Below are positions 12,969 to 26,291 of a stretch of 64,000 nt of DNA, one piece after another (position 1 is the stretch's first letter; each line of letters begins with the position of its first letter). This DNA is from Eledone cirrhosa (taxonomy: Eukaryota). The translations under genes and the position numbers were made by a program. Below the pieces are notes generated by a model, which saw nothing but the letters and a program-made list of their open reading frames with translations, did not search any database and was not told the origin of the DNA. The stretch lies in NCBI GenBank assembly GCA_964016885.1, contig OZ024740.1, positions 378,324,001-378,388,000 of the forward strand. Direction: 5' to 3'.

Positions 12969-15947
12969 ACTGACATATGCACACACACACATATATATAC
13001 ATATACTTATACACACACACATGTATATATACTTATACACACACACACACACATGTATATATATATATGTATATATAGATTACTATTGTATATATATTAT
13101 TACTATTGCATAAAATAAAGTACCAGTAATGTACTGGGTAATTGCTGGCCTTGTGCCTAAAGTAGAAACAATTATTACTATTGCATATATTTAGAAAAAA
13201 CACAAGGTTAGATTGTGGTGATTTTTTTTTTTCCTTCAAAGAGTTTAGGTATCAGGTAAATATATAAACGGTAAGAAAAGTTAAATATTTCCAATAGAAA
13301 TATTAGTAATAGATACTTTCAATTTTTCAACCTACCTTCAAAAGACCTAAAGCTAGTTTCTTCATTTTCTGTGTTTTTCTTCTGCTGATTAAAAGCGTAA
13401 GTTCAGTTGGTGTTAGTTGATATTGTTGTGTTTATAGTAAATTGATGCAGAAAAAATGCAACAATACAGATGAAAATGGTAACCGATATATATGCGTGTG
13501 TGTGTGTGTGTATTTATGTATATATCCTTAAAGAACAACAGTGACTAATTTTAAGGAAATTGTAAGAGATGCTCATACAAATTTTGCAGATATGTGTTCA
13601 AATACATTTTTTTCTTCTCTTTTTTCTTTTATATTCTTGATAAAAATGATGTCTTTGAATTATTTCATTTCCATCAATATTTGCCAGTCTAGTAATTCCA
13701 CCCATCTACCTTTTCTTATGCTGTCACCTAGTTCAAAGTTAGTTTGTATTCTGACCAGTTGACAGCTGCTGGACAACAAAGGTAACATTGATTGCATTGT
13801 TTAATAGGTTTCTGTTAATATTCAATTAAATTCAATGCTTTTCTTTCCTTATTTGAAATTCAGTGCTGTTTAATTTGTTGAGATATTTTCTGAAGAAATA
13901 TTTTCTTATCAGAAGTTTTTCTTTTAGTCCTCTCTCCTCCAGACCTAATACCAATACTGTTCTACTGAGAACTAATCTGCTTTGCTGCTGCTACTGTTTT
14001 TATTTTTGTTTTTGTTTTATTCAATAGAAGAGTATCAGGGAGACAGCTTTAAACACCAAAAGTAGATAGTACATCTGCTACTCATAGAGATGCTTCACAA
14101 ATCCTTACTGAAAATTTACTGTGATGCAAAAATAAATAAATTCCAAAAGTAAACTTAAGAATACATAAAGAGTGAGAGAGAGAGAGATTGAGAGAAGAAA
14201 TAATAAGAAAAAATATAATTCTTTATACTTTTTAACCAGTCACTAACTCCACATTTTGGAAGATTTTATTTTTATTTATTTTGTTAAAGGTGTTATTTCT
14301 TGTTAAGTTTCTTTGCTAAGCTATATCTTTCTATGTGTGCTGACCAACTATATATTCAAATTGCAATGTAATACCGTGGCAGCTTCTTAAGACTTGTATG
14401 ATTCCATGTTGTGTAAGCCTAGTTTGGTTGGTAAGAGCTACTGATACTGCTATTAATGTTCTCATTATTTCTTGCTGCTGATAATGATGATAATAGTGAT
14501 GAAAGGAGTAGTGATGGTGGTGGTGGCGAAAGTGTCATAGTATTGTTACTGATGTATATATAAGTAGAAATTGTAGGCGTGTGCTTTTGTATGCTGTTCC
14601 TTTTCTCTATGTTAAAAACAGTTATATCTGCTACTACCACTACTTCTGTTACCAAGAAGGTTTACTTTTCTGGATAAAAATCTGCTTATAAAGCTGAAAT
14701 GCAAAAAGTGTATGTAACTGTATTTATCTGGTTGTTTTTTTTTTTTATAAAAACTAATTAATTTTATTATAGTTATGGATATATTTATATATGCACACAT
14801 ACTCATACACATGCACACACACATTTAATTACTCATATGCAAGTATATGGTGCTTCTATGTGTGCACATATGTTTATATTTGGCATAAAAACAAATATGT
14901 AACTAGTGTTGTATGTGTATATAAAACATTAATATTTATATTTTATCCATGGGTCTCCAAATCTCCTAATATTTTCATATTACCATTCTTCATTACTTGA
15001 TAACATCTATTTTCTAATTGTGTCTCTTAATTTTCCTACATTTCTGTAAGAAAGTTGAGGAAGAAGGAAGAAGAATGAAAGAGAAGACTAGGAAAAAAAC
15101 CTTAATTATCAACAAAGAGGCTGTCTGTAAGAAGGCAATGACAAGGCAGTAGGCAGGAGGAGATACTTGAAGGGAAAGTGAGAGTAAGAGATGAAGGAAT
15201 GTCATAAGTAAAAGTTAGTTGTGAAAGGCTATTTAGTGAGATGAAATAGGAACTGCAGATAACATGTAAGATGGTGAAGAGGCTTGGGTGAGACTACTTA
15301 GATTAGGCTCTTTGAATTAAGTTCTCCTCCTCTTTCTCTTTTTCTCATCACTGATTTAATAACACCTGCTTTTCTAACATTTTATACTATGCTGTGGCCC
15401 CCAGAAATACCATCTCCTATCAGAAACGAACACACTGATTTGCTTGGTTTACAGTCACCGTAGAAACCAAGCAACTGATACAGAATAAAAATAAACATTG
15501 GGATAAATAAATAGGAAAATGAGGTCAGAGGTGATATTTAATGTCAGCTTGCCTTTTTGCTGTAGAATTTTGGCTAAATTCCTTAATTTCTTTTACATTT
15601 TGCTAAAATAAAAGCTTTATTTACACATCTAATTGTATAAATTCTCCCTATGCTTATTTATGATAATTGTATAAATTCTCCCTATGCTTATTTATGAATA
15701 TTATTGTCACAAATTTTATCAGAAATATACTTTGAAAAATAAAAGGGAAAGAAATATATATATTTAAAATTTTGTAAAGATAATAGATTTTGGATTTTGT
15801 TTTGTAATTTTTATTTAGTTTTACACATGCAGTGGCCACCCATCATATGTTTTGAAACATTGAACAGATTTTTGAAATTTGTATAATTTTATATTTTCTA
15901 AGTGAATGAACGAACTGAATATTATTTAATGCTATGTATTATTTTAA

Positions 15948-16130
15948 GGATTGGCAGTATCGGTAGAGGGTCGGACGCCATGCTTTCCAGCATAGTTACG
16001 TCCCTTTACGATCTGAGTTCAAATCCCACCGAGGTTGACTTTGCCTTTCATCCTTACGGGGTCGATAAAATAAAGTACCAGTAATGCACTGCGTAATTGC
16101 TGGCCTTGTGCCTAAAGTAGAAACAATTAA
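15948..16130 (+). mobile_element. tRNA-derived SINE family 2
   Basis: A-box-like TGGCAGTATCGGTAGAG, B-box-like GAGTTCAAATCC, core GCCTTTCATCCTTACGGGGTCGATAAAATAAAGTACCAG. Further copies at 20629, 41438, 61403, 63665; partials near 3830, 4350, 11220, 13111, 20343, 24800. Confidence 0.85.
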
Positions 16131-16184
16131 TTATTCTAAAAACCAAACTACTAGTTATATGTTCAAATATCTTCTTTTTTTATT

Positions 16185-16990
16185 ATCATCATCATCCTAT
16201 GGCCCCCTATCCATGATAGCATGGGTTGGATGGGTTGTCACGGTCTGTGACTAGATGGGTGAGAGCAACCAATCGGGTTTGTTATGTTTTATATTTAGCA
16301 TGGTTCTATAACTAGATGCACTTCCTAATGCCAATCACCTTACAGGGTTTGCTGGCTGCATTTTTGTGACACCAGCATGGGTGCATTTTTTGCGACACCA
16401 GCATTAGAGAGCTTTCACATGCTAAGCCAGACTGAAGAGTCCTCTCTAACCTATTTTAATTAGATTGCCAAACACCATAGACTCTGGTCTCTCATACATT
16501 TATTTGTAGTGTCACAGTGCTTGTTGAGGTGGACGGGTCTTTTACATTATGGCATATTGCCAGTCTGTTCGATCCTGTGTCATCCATTTTGTGAATTTCT
16601 GTTTCACTCTGAGAGAGAAGTCTTTTGTTGCCAGTAGAGGTAACAAGTCCCTGAAAGTCTTCCACCCTATTCCTCACTTTGGCTACAACACTTCCAGTAC
16701 CTTCACTACTGATGAGATCACCTTGATAGCAAAAGCTTTCATTCACTTCCAGTAAGAATACTGAACATTTGAGAGAGTTTATTTTTTGAGTACCCTTACT
16801 GTTGACTTCTGTGCACCTATCACTTACACAATTTACTCTCTCTGTTAGCCTACCTGTGATTCCACTACATCCCTTGTGTCTACAGTCTACACTGGGTGCA
16901 CCATATAGAATTCTTACTCACTCTTTTTCTACACATTGAGTACAGAAATTTCTCTGATGGTAGTAGTGTCTTATCCTTTTTCTTACATAC
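16185..16990 (-). mobile_element. Old RTE 3' fragment
   Basis: (CAT)n tail at ~16185; minus-strand ESFCYQGDLISSEG..VVAKVRN; decayed Cys-rich insert at 16800-16960. Confidence 0.7.
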
Positions 16991-17099
16991 TGATCTGTTT
17001 TAATTTTTATTTTGTGCATAGAACTATGTCTTATATTTAGTGTCTTATATTTAGCTAATTCCTAATAAACAAAATATATTCCCATGTCAGTATCCACTA

Positions 17100-17830
17100 T
17101 AATATCCTTTTTCCTCATTGGCTCAGTTAGGTCTTGTCAATAAGCAATGGACATTTTTTCTCTAGATTTTTTTGATTTTGATTGCACTGAATAAATTGCT
17201 GCAATTCAACAGTTTCTGAGCTTTGAGGTCATGATTGATTAGAGCCCAAAGATTTCTGATCGGATTGGTATTGAGGTATTGAGCATGTTAGACTATTAGA
17301 CTACATTTTTGACTAGAAATGAACTACTTAACTGAATATGCTCTATGAGTCACTGCCATGCATCATTTGATCAGATAAAAAGAAAATCTCTCAAGATACC
17401 TTTGTATACTTCTTTATCTAAGATACCAGTGACGTGAGGAAAAAACCTGGATTTTGAGTTGGGAAGTATCACAGACCATGATACTGCTCCAGACACTAAG
17501 GTATTTTGGAGATAGCTGAGATTCACTTCCTCATCAGCATGATATATCACATACATCCTACCATCAAATCAGTTGAACTAATAGTCTACCAAGCTGTACT
17601 TTTCAAGGGCTTAATCTGTCTGAGCCCTGGCAAATTTGAGGTGATCTTTTTGATTCTTCATGGAAATGAATGACTTTTGGAGTGGTACAGCTATTTAGAA
17701 AATCATTTAAGTTATCTGCAAACAGTTGTTGCCATAATCTGAATTTGCTCATCCTGTCTCTGCTTGATGCTAACTGCAGTCATTTTGCAGTTGGCATCTG
17801 ACCCTTGGGAATTTTAAAAGGTTTGTCATT
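17100..17830 (-). mobile_element. Tc1/mariner transposase remnant
   Basis: Minus-strand GILDKEVYKGILRD, ..SIMV.. (cf. GGGSIMVWG) and NPIRNLW (cf. LNPIENLW); heavily decayed. Confidence 0.55.
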
Positions 17831-18295
17831 TCTAGGGTGATTATGATAGCTGTCAGTCTCTCTATAAGGGATAACAGCCATTTGATTGTAATTAAAATGC
17901 AAATTCAAACAAATCCTTATCCATTTAAAAGTATGAACAACTAAAGTAATCTGCTAAATGGGTTTAAGTTTCTCACAGCTACTGTAAAAGTTTCTGACAT
18001 GAGTGTAAAAACTAAAAAGTAATTTTCTTATAGTATTAGATATAATTAGAAGTTTTTTTGTGGCTTACTATTAAGATTTTTCTAAAGTTGACTTGTTTTT
18101 CTTCTCATAGTAGGCTCAATGTAATGTCTATTCAAACTATTTTATGCCAATTTATGTTAGCACTAACTTAACTATTATTTTTCATGTAGTCTGCATATTT
18201 AATTTAAAGAAATAACAAATTAACTTCAAAGAATATATATACACACGCAATCATATATATATATAGATATGGATATATAGATATGTATATATGTG

Positions 18296-18338
18296 ATTGT
18301 ATAGAGACCAAAATCCAAAGAGAACTCGATAAGGGTCA
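18296..18338 (-). mobile_element. Short Penelope-type 3' tail fragment in a (TA)n tract
   Basis: Minus-strand ATCGAGTTCTCTTTGGATTTTGGTCTC resembles 50348-50400 and 42759-42780; embedded in TA-rich repeats. Confidence 0.4.
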
Positions 18339-18340
18339 CA

Positions 18341-18399
<59 letters not shown>

Positions 18400-18583
18400 A
18401 CAGATAAAACAGATATATAAACACACATAGATATTGTGCATACTAATAAATATCGATTTCCATATATAGAAGATAGTATGCATACATATATATGCCCATA
18501 GAACACATACAGACGCACATACAGACGCACACACTGTCAGCCATATTGGATATTTAAGTGAGAGATATTAAAACAATCAAAGA

Positions 18584-19591
18584 ATGATTGTCTATATCTC
18601 AGCGTCGGCCATCTTGACGGTGGTAGAGACAGGTTTACAGTTTGTTGGACTTTTCCTGCCAGCATGGTAGCAAAGACAGTTTAGTGAAAACAAATCAGAG
18701 AAAGGATATTATTACTTCGGACTCTGGAAATATCCATGGAAGGCAGAATTATGTCAAGAAGATATTTGCCGAGAAGCTCAGTTACCAAAACTTATAACCT
18801 CTACATGGCTAGTCTTCACGCGGCTGTTTGAAGTTGCTGGCGCTGGTTTTGGTTTCCTGTTGATAGCTATAATATTGCTCTGGTTGATATTACTAGGATA
18901 CAAGAGGAGCAAGCATTTTGCTATGGCCAGAAAGTTAGGGCTGGTCTCATCTTTCTTACAAATTATTACAGCAATCTTCATCGATATTGAAATCTTAATA
19001 TTGGTAGTTAAAACATCCCCGAGCAGTATCTTAACCGGCACCATCCTCTGTGGACTCAGCTTGATTCTGTTCTGTATCGGTGGAGCATTGTCTTATTGTT
19101 GTGTCAAACGAATGAGAATAACTCCTCATCAGAACGAAGGAAGAAGGGGGACAAGGAATAACAGAGACCCTAACGTGTCTGTCATAAATGCGCCGCCATA
19201 TTGCGACCCACCACCCTCCTATGAAGAAATCATGGGGGCACATTTCAATGAAGCTATGGTCGTTGATGCTAATATGAGTCCAGAATTTGACAAACATCCC
19301 CCACCCTATAGTGAGTCGCAGCCACCATCCTCGACACCTTCCACAACAACTTCCCCAACACCTTTGCCAGACCCCTCCACAATACCTACGCCAGACCCCT
19401 CCACAATACCGCCACCAACTCAAAAACGAAAGAAGACTGAGTGTGTGTGTCTGTCTGTGTGTCTGTGTGCATATGAGTGTGAGAGGGGAACAGTGAATAT
19501 GTATACTGTGTGTGTGTGTGTGTATATGTATGTGTGTGTGTATGTATCCATGCATAAACATGAGAGAGAGAGAAGCAGTGAATCTATATAA
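18584..19591 (+). CDS. Intronless claudin/PMP22/EMP-like four-TM protein with PPxY tail; in-frame TAG at codon 29 (pseudogene or editing-dependent)
   Basis: ATG 18584 gives MIVYISASAILTVVETGLQFVGLFLPAW*QRQFSENKSEKGYYYFGLWKYPWKAELCQEDICREAQLPKLITSTWLVFTRLFEVAGAGFGFLL, continuing in frame into the listed 18860 ORF. It has the W..GLW..C..C loop signature, four hydrophobic segments and PPSY/PPPY motifs. The last ~50 codons run through microsatellite. Confidence 0.75.
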
Positions 19592-20628
19592 TCTATATGC
19601 ATGTGTAATATATACATATACATAAGCATATGTGTATGTATGTGTGATGTGTATATGTATATATATATATATATAGCTCATGCAAGTATGAAAAATAGAT
19701 GTAAAGAATGTTGGGTTTATTTTTATACTCTTACACATATAAACACACATGTGCATATCAAGCTAACGAGGGTGACTCTGTGTAATCACCTGAATCAGTA
19801 CAAATAACAACCAAATTGCTCTAAAATTTGAGAAGGAAGAAGACATTGGATAATGTAGTCCTATATACACTTGGTCTGAAAATACAGGGTGAATGATCAT
19901 AGGTCTACTTGATCTGGCCTAATCTGGGGCTAAACAACACCATGTGTGTGTTTGTATGTGTATATATGTGAGTGTGTGTGTTTGCATATGTATTTATATG
20001 TATGTATATATAGGTATGCCTTTGATTGTGTGGATTTGTAATGAGAAACTACTTGTACATCTCACAAACACTCAGCTTTAAATAAATATTATCCTACTCT
20101 AGTATGATATTGAGAAGGGTTTCTTGTTTAAAAAATGTCTTTTTGTAAGTTTGTGTAAGAATGAATTGTTATTGTAATAAATTTTATAAATTGTGGTCTG
20201 TTCTGTGTATATTGATGAATTGGGCTGATTGGTTTGGAAATTGAATTATTTTGTTTGCTTCTCTTCCTAACATTACCATCCCAATTATAATACACAAAAA
20301 GTATTTATTTTCGAAATAGAGAGACTAAGGTTATTTAAACTATAATTGTTTCTACTTTTGGCACAAGACTAGCATTACTGGTACTTTATTTTATCGACCC
20401 CCGTAAGGATGAAAAGCAAAGTTAACCTCGGCGGGATTTGAACTGGTTATTTAATATAGTTATGTTCTCTACTTAAGATCGCACCACACTTTCCTTGAAT
20501 TCATGAGACTATTTGCAAGTTTTCAGACACCATAATCACTTAGCCTCTGATTATAACTAGTTTTAGTAAATTTAGAAAAAAGTCAAATACCTAAAGAGAA
20601 ATGCTACACATCAAATTATCTTAATAAT

Positions 20629-20825
20629 TGTTTCTACTCTTGGCACAAGGCCACCAATTATCCCAGTGCATTACTGGTGCTTTATTTTATCGACCCCGTA
20701 AGGATGAAAGGCAAAGTTAACTTCAGCGGGATTTGAACTCAGACCGTAACTCTTTGCTGCAAAGCATAGTATCCAATCTTCTACCAATACTGCCAATCCA
20801 CTGTCCTAGGCCAATCCACTGCCCT
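20629..20825 (-). mobile_element. SINE family 2 with target-site duplication
   Basis: Matches the 15948 copy; TCTTAATAAT repeated at 20619-20628 and 20830-20839; short duplication of the 5' end. Confidence 0.85.
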
Positions 20826-21080
20826 TTAGTCTTAATAATATTAGTAGAAAAAAAAATGACATCATGAAGAAAAGCCTTATTAAAATAATTATAGCAACAA
20901 TTAATGCAAATTCTATCAAAGGAACATTAATATATTATTTGGCATAATTCTAAACAAGCTGATTGTTAATTTTATTGATGTTTCTTTATGAAAGCCCTGA
21001 TTTTTATCTTGTAATTAATTAACGTGCATAAAAATAAATTTCAAGTAGTGGGAAATATAAACATGTTTTTTTTAAAAGAA

Positions 21081-21121
<41 letters not shown>

Positions 21122-21437
21122 AGTGTGCACACATATATGTATATGTTAAATACCAGACCTTTGAAAAAAGATAGTAAAGTTTCCGGTTCCATATATATAT
21201 ATATAAAATATATAAAAAGGTAGTAAAGTTTCCAGTTCCATATATATATATATAAATTTGAAAAAGTGTCCTGCATGGATAAATGAATAAAAAAGATGGG
21301 TGAAATTCTTAAGATCAAATATGGCAAATTGTAACCAAAACATTAATAAGCTGTGACAATTAAATAAAAAAATGCAAAAGAGAAGCTATCTATTGTGATT
21401 TAGTAATCAACAAACTAGGGTCAGCATCTAAGCTTAC

Positions 21438-21476
21438 CTTTTGTATTTGAACTGATGTGATGGTCCCGAAGCGGTC
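21438..21476 (-). CDS. Candidate 39-nt micro-exon of an unidentified minus-strand host gene
   Basis: Minus strand TTTTTGTTTTACAG | GACCGCTTCGGGACCATCACATCAGTTCAAATACAAAAG | GTAAG. Length is a multiple of 3, all frames are open, and CpGs are retained in AT-rich context. Confidence 0.4.
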
Positions 21477-22437
21477 CTGTAAAACAAAAATGAAGTGATG
21501 TCTTCTTGGTTCTTCTATCTTATTACACTTGTCTACTCCTAACATTGAGCACATAACATTTAGGAATACACGTTCACATAAGGATTAGGTTTTCACTTTT
21601 CTGTTTGTATTTTTATACTACCATAAAGCAAATCAGTTGATTTTCTAAGCTAGATGTTATTCCTCATAGTTATTACTTGGCCATGAAGAAAGAATCTTGA
21701 CTAAGCAGATAAAGAGGATAATACATGAAATGAATAAATATGAATACAATACAAGAGTGGAAGTACAAGTATCTCAAGTCAACAAATGAAAAGTTTACAC
21801 TGAAAGTGTCAGGGAACAACCAAGGATTGCAGATGAAGGCTTTCTTCAATAGTTTGTTGCAAGCAATCAGAAGTTTTGTTATTTGTGAATAAAGCAAGCG
21901 AAAAAAAAGTATTTAGGAAGAAGTTTAATACACTAGTATTTTTGGTGGCATCATTGTCCCTGTACCCCAAAATACATGTTATATGGAAGTAAAAGCTAGA
22001 TAGAGAAGTCAGAACCCCAGGAAACAATTATCCATAGGTTTAATAGACAAAGAGATGCAAAACATTTGTGTATTAAATTATTATTATTGTAGTCAATTTA
22101 TCACTGGAAGTCATTGCTCAAATGAAATATTCAATCTGCATTTTTAGCTTTTTCATCACTATTGTGTTCATGCTATATTAATATTTAATATTTGTGATTA
22201 CTATTTGGAAACTGGTAGGGAATTTATGAAAGCAGATTTGGTTGCTATATTGAGTAGGTTGTTAGGGCTGGAACTACCATTAAGACCAACTAGGTACCCA
22301 CCTAGAGTGCAAATCTCAGAGAGGCATATTACTGAATCTTTAAGGATCAAAACTTTACACAAATTTGTATAACTAAATTGAATGTAGAAATATCGAAAGT
22401 GGTAGAAAGGGTTATATTATATTATGACTTGTAACAT

Positions 22438-22772
22438 GGAGGCACATGGCTTAGTGGTTAGAGCATTGGCCTTGCAATCGAAAGGTTGTGAGTTCAATTC
22501 TCAGACCGGGTAATGTGTTGTTTCCTTGAGCAGGACACTTTATTTCACATTGTTCCAGTTTATTCAGCTGTAGAAATGAGATAATAGGGACTGGGGTCCC
22601 TATCATTCCACTGTAAAGTGGACGTGTAGGCGCCACGGAAAAAAAGCACCCAGCACTCACTGTAAATGATGTTGGTGTTAGGAAGGGCATCCAGCTGTAG
22701 AAATCAAGCCAGAATCAGTTCCCGTCCCACCCTTGCAAGCAGGGAAAAGCGGACGTAAAATGATGATGATGA
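22438..22772 (+). mobile_element. tRNA-derived SINE family 1 with RTE-type 3' tail
   Basis: GGAGGCACATGGCTTAGTGGTTAGAGC (A box), GAGTTCAATTC (B box), core CCTTGAGCA..ACACTTTATTTC, RTE-shared GGAAGGGCATCCAGCTGTAGAAA, (TGA)n tail. Confidence 0.9.
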
Positions 22773-24066
22773 ACGCAATTTAGTGTGGATGAGTATGGAT
22801 TGCATTGTGGAAAATGCAGACTTAGTAATTTTCTTAGTGTGGCCAGAGAAAAAGGTGTCAAAATTAGGTTCATCCGCTATAAAACTAGAAATTCAAATTA
22901 TTTTATTTGGGAGTATAGGGTACATGTTGTAGAGCTAGCATAGCGTACTAAATACCCAAACACTGGCTCAAGGTAAAGTGACTACCTGAATGTTACCTCT
23001 CTGATTGTATGTGTCAAAATTATTTGTTAGTTTTGGTACAAGAGGTGACTGTACAAATATTGAGAAGAAATGTACAAGAATGATGCATGTTGAGTAAGAA
23101 ATATTTTAAAGCTGGTGACAAAAAGTAGAGAGTGAAGAATATCAAAGATGTAGCTATTGGATTAGATAAAAAGATGTTAGTTGATATTTCACAATTTTTT
23201 TTTTATAATCTGAATTCTGTAGATTTCTTTTTTTAAAATTAACATTTCCCTAATACAATACTTAATTTCATTTGTTTTTTAATATCTAACTAACTTGTAA
23301 TTTTCTGTTGAAATAAATCTTTGATGTAACTTTGCAAGTTTACACACATTCACATATGGTTGTTGCGTTGGTCAAGCAGATTAAAAGCATTCCTGTTTTG
23401 ATTATCCCATCTTTTTGTACATCAAAGATTACATTTCTTAATGTGTTCTTTTGTTTTTTGTTTTTTTAAACTTTTTATGACACTAAGATATGATTTACAA
23501 AAGATTCGGTAGCTGTTTCTATCAAATCAAACAATCCACTCAATATTGTTTTTGGTTCTGTGAAAATACTCACCCATTTTAAAAAGTTTCTATTTAGATT
23601 TAAATCTTCAAACAATTAGACATAAGAATCTTTCCTGAAGTTATGTAACAAATACCATCTTTATAATGAAAAAATCAATAATTTCAGGAAACACATCCAA
23701 ATTCTTAATTAATTAATTCAAATACATTATATTCCATAAGAAATATGGTAACAAAATGATTAAAATTGATTTGAAATTTTAAGGTTAAAAACTGATATGG
23801 ATATAACTTACTGAACTGAGTGTTTATTATCGTAGTCATTGTCTCTGACAATGAATACTTTCTCTCACTATTGGTGGCATATTCATTTCTCCATGTTTGT
23901 ATAAAATAACCTTTTACCAGTTTCTTTTTGTTGATTAAGATGTTTTAACATCTAAGAACTTCTTTATCTCTAAATAAATGATATTTTTATCTACATTATT
24001 GTTCTTTTACCATTTCTTTCAGCTATAATTAATGCTTGCAAATATTCCTCTCTATAACATTTACAC

Positions 24067-24277
24067 CAGGCATGTCAAACTGAGGGTCCCCCAAGAGCCA
24101 CATGGGCTACATATGTGTTGTCTGAGGGTCACACACGACAACTAATTACGCACATTACAACAAAATTTTATATTACAAAGATAAAACATGCTCATACTGT
24201 AAAAACCTTTGTGCGGACTACAGGTGTGTTTGTAAAGGGCTGCATGTGGCCCGCAGGCCACATGTTTGACATACCTG
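24067..24277. mobile_element. hAT (Charlie-like) MITE
   Basis: TIRs CAGGCATGTCAAAC / GTTTGACATACCTG; 8-bp TSD ATTTACAC at 24059-24066 and 24278-24285. Confidence 0.9.
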
Positions 24278-25000
24278 ATTTACACAACCCCAAGGAGTTT
24301 TCAGATTAAGCTGTAGCGCCCAGATGTTTTCTCTGGCATTGCTAAATGGGCAGGAGAAGTAATAGGAATACGATTCTAATTCACATTAAATTATATACAC
24401 TTAAAACATTATTGTGTACAATAATTCTATCGGATAGAATTTAAAATTTGAAAATGGGTATTGTAGAATATTCAAGCTGTTTATCTTGTAGTCAGAATTA
24501 AATACCCAATTTTCAAAAGGAAACTGATACAGTAAAAGGATAAATTCATCACAGAAAATAGAAAGCTGAATGAAAAACTAAAATCTGTTGGTATATTTCA
24601 GAAGCAAAACATTTAAATGTCTATTAAATTTGTTTATAGATTTCTTAACCCATTTGATACCAGACTGAAACTGTCCTGGTTCTATGATACCAGGATGCTT
24701 ATTTCAAAGTGTTTTTATTTATCTAGAAACCTTCCATCACTATTTATCCAAGAAACTTTAAACCCTGCTCTAAATGCCTAATAAATAATGATTTTGAACT
24801 TAGGCATAAGTTCAGCAATTTGGAGGGGGATGAATTTGATTATATTGAGCCCAGTATTTAACTGGTATTTTATTTTATCAACCACAGGAAAATGAAAGGC
24901 AAATGCTTGATAAATTATGGAAGTTACTAGATTCTTTGAAATGCTTGATTATTTTCAAAATTATTTGAAAAAAACGTAGTCAATGTCTTCATTACAAATA

Positions 25001-25524
25001 CTAGCAGAAAAACCACCCTCTAGGTGGTTTTCTGCTAGCGTGTGTATTGTGCATATTTATATTATATGCAAATATACATGCATGTAGATATGGTATGTCA
25101 AATAAAATCGTAATTGACAATATGCACAGAAATTGAAGAGAGACTGTGTTACACTCTTTTCAGTAAAGTAATCCAGGATACATTTAAAAAAGACGATATT
25201 ATATATAAATTGCAATACGGTGAAATGTAATGAAACCTTATATAACGATGCAAATATATGGATGTTTATATAAGCAATGTAATAAGTGTTATGATATAAC
25301 GGACGCTAACCGGAAGTGTAGACATTTGAAAATTTTAAAGAAGTGAATCTTAAAATAAGCAATCATTATATAAAAATGTTTAATCAACAGCTACGAAATT
25401 TAGTAGATAAATTATGTAATATTCATTCCTTATTTATTGAAAGTAATCTAACTTATTTTACTAACAGGATAAAAAAATATATTCGGGACACATTCCCGCA
25501 CTCCTCCCTTTATTATAGTTATGA
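25001..25524 (-). mobile_element. Non-autonomous Helitron
   Basis: Minus strand reads A|TCATAACTATAATAAAG ... CTAG|T (AT target, no TSD); hairpin AACCACC-CTCTA-GGTGGTT at 25011-25029. Confidence 0.55.
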
Positions 25525-25940
25525 TGTTGATGAAAGAGTTAATTGACTTTCTAGATATTCATTGTTACTCTTATAAGTACTATTCCTGTTCGAAGTCTAG
25601 TGGCATTTTTCCTCCTATTGTTATTCTTTTTATTATTGATATTGAAATGACAGAAATCAGAACAAAACAAAACAAAAAACAAATTGTTACCTGAATATTT
25701 ACTGAAATTTGTGATTGAAGATCTAGAGCAAAACTGGAAATTGGTAGTGTATATGGTGGTGTGTACTTTGATGGTGTTTCTGTGGTCCTATTATGATTCT
25801 TTTAAAAGTCCAGTGTTTGTTAGATTACAAATATACATGTGTTTATGTGTATACAGGTATGTTTGTATCTAAATCTATTTTATAGAACTGAAAAGCAATG
25901 GATCTGTATGTTGGTAGCTAAATCATATATATATATATAT

Positions 25941-26260
25941 GGAGGCACATGGCTTAGTGGTTAGAGCATTGGCCTCACAATCAAAAGGTTGTGAGTTCAA
26001 TTCTCAGACTGGGTGATGTGTTGTTTCCTTGAGCAAGACACTTTATTTCGAATTGCTCCAGTTTACTCAGCTGTAGAAATGAGATGATAGGGACTGGTGT
26101 CATTATTATTCCACTGCAAAGTGGTCATGTAGGTGCCACGGCAAAAAAGCACCCAGCACTCACTGTAAATGAGGTTGGTGTTAGGAAGGGCATCCAGCTG
26201 TAGAAATCAAGCCAGAATCAGTTCCCATCCCACCCTTGCAAGAAGGAAAAAGCGGACGTC

Positions 26261-26275
<15 letters not shown>
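25941..26275 (+). mobile_element. SINE family 1
   Basis: Near-identical to the 22438 copy; preceded by (TA)n; ends in an A-run then (TA)n. Confidence 0.9.

Positions 26276-26290
<15 letters not shown>

Positions 26291-26291
<1 letters not shown>

Noticed and set aside
15631-15694. 30-bp direct duplication (similar short ones at ~6738, ~17027, ~27035)
   Set aside because: Ordinary slippage or repair duplications with no further structure.
22438-22510. tRNA-like sequence
   Set aside because: It is the head of a multi-copy SINE, continuing into core and RTE tail; no proper acceptor stem.
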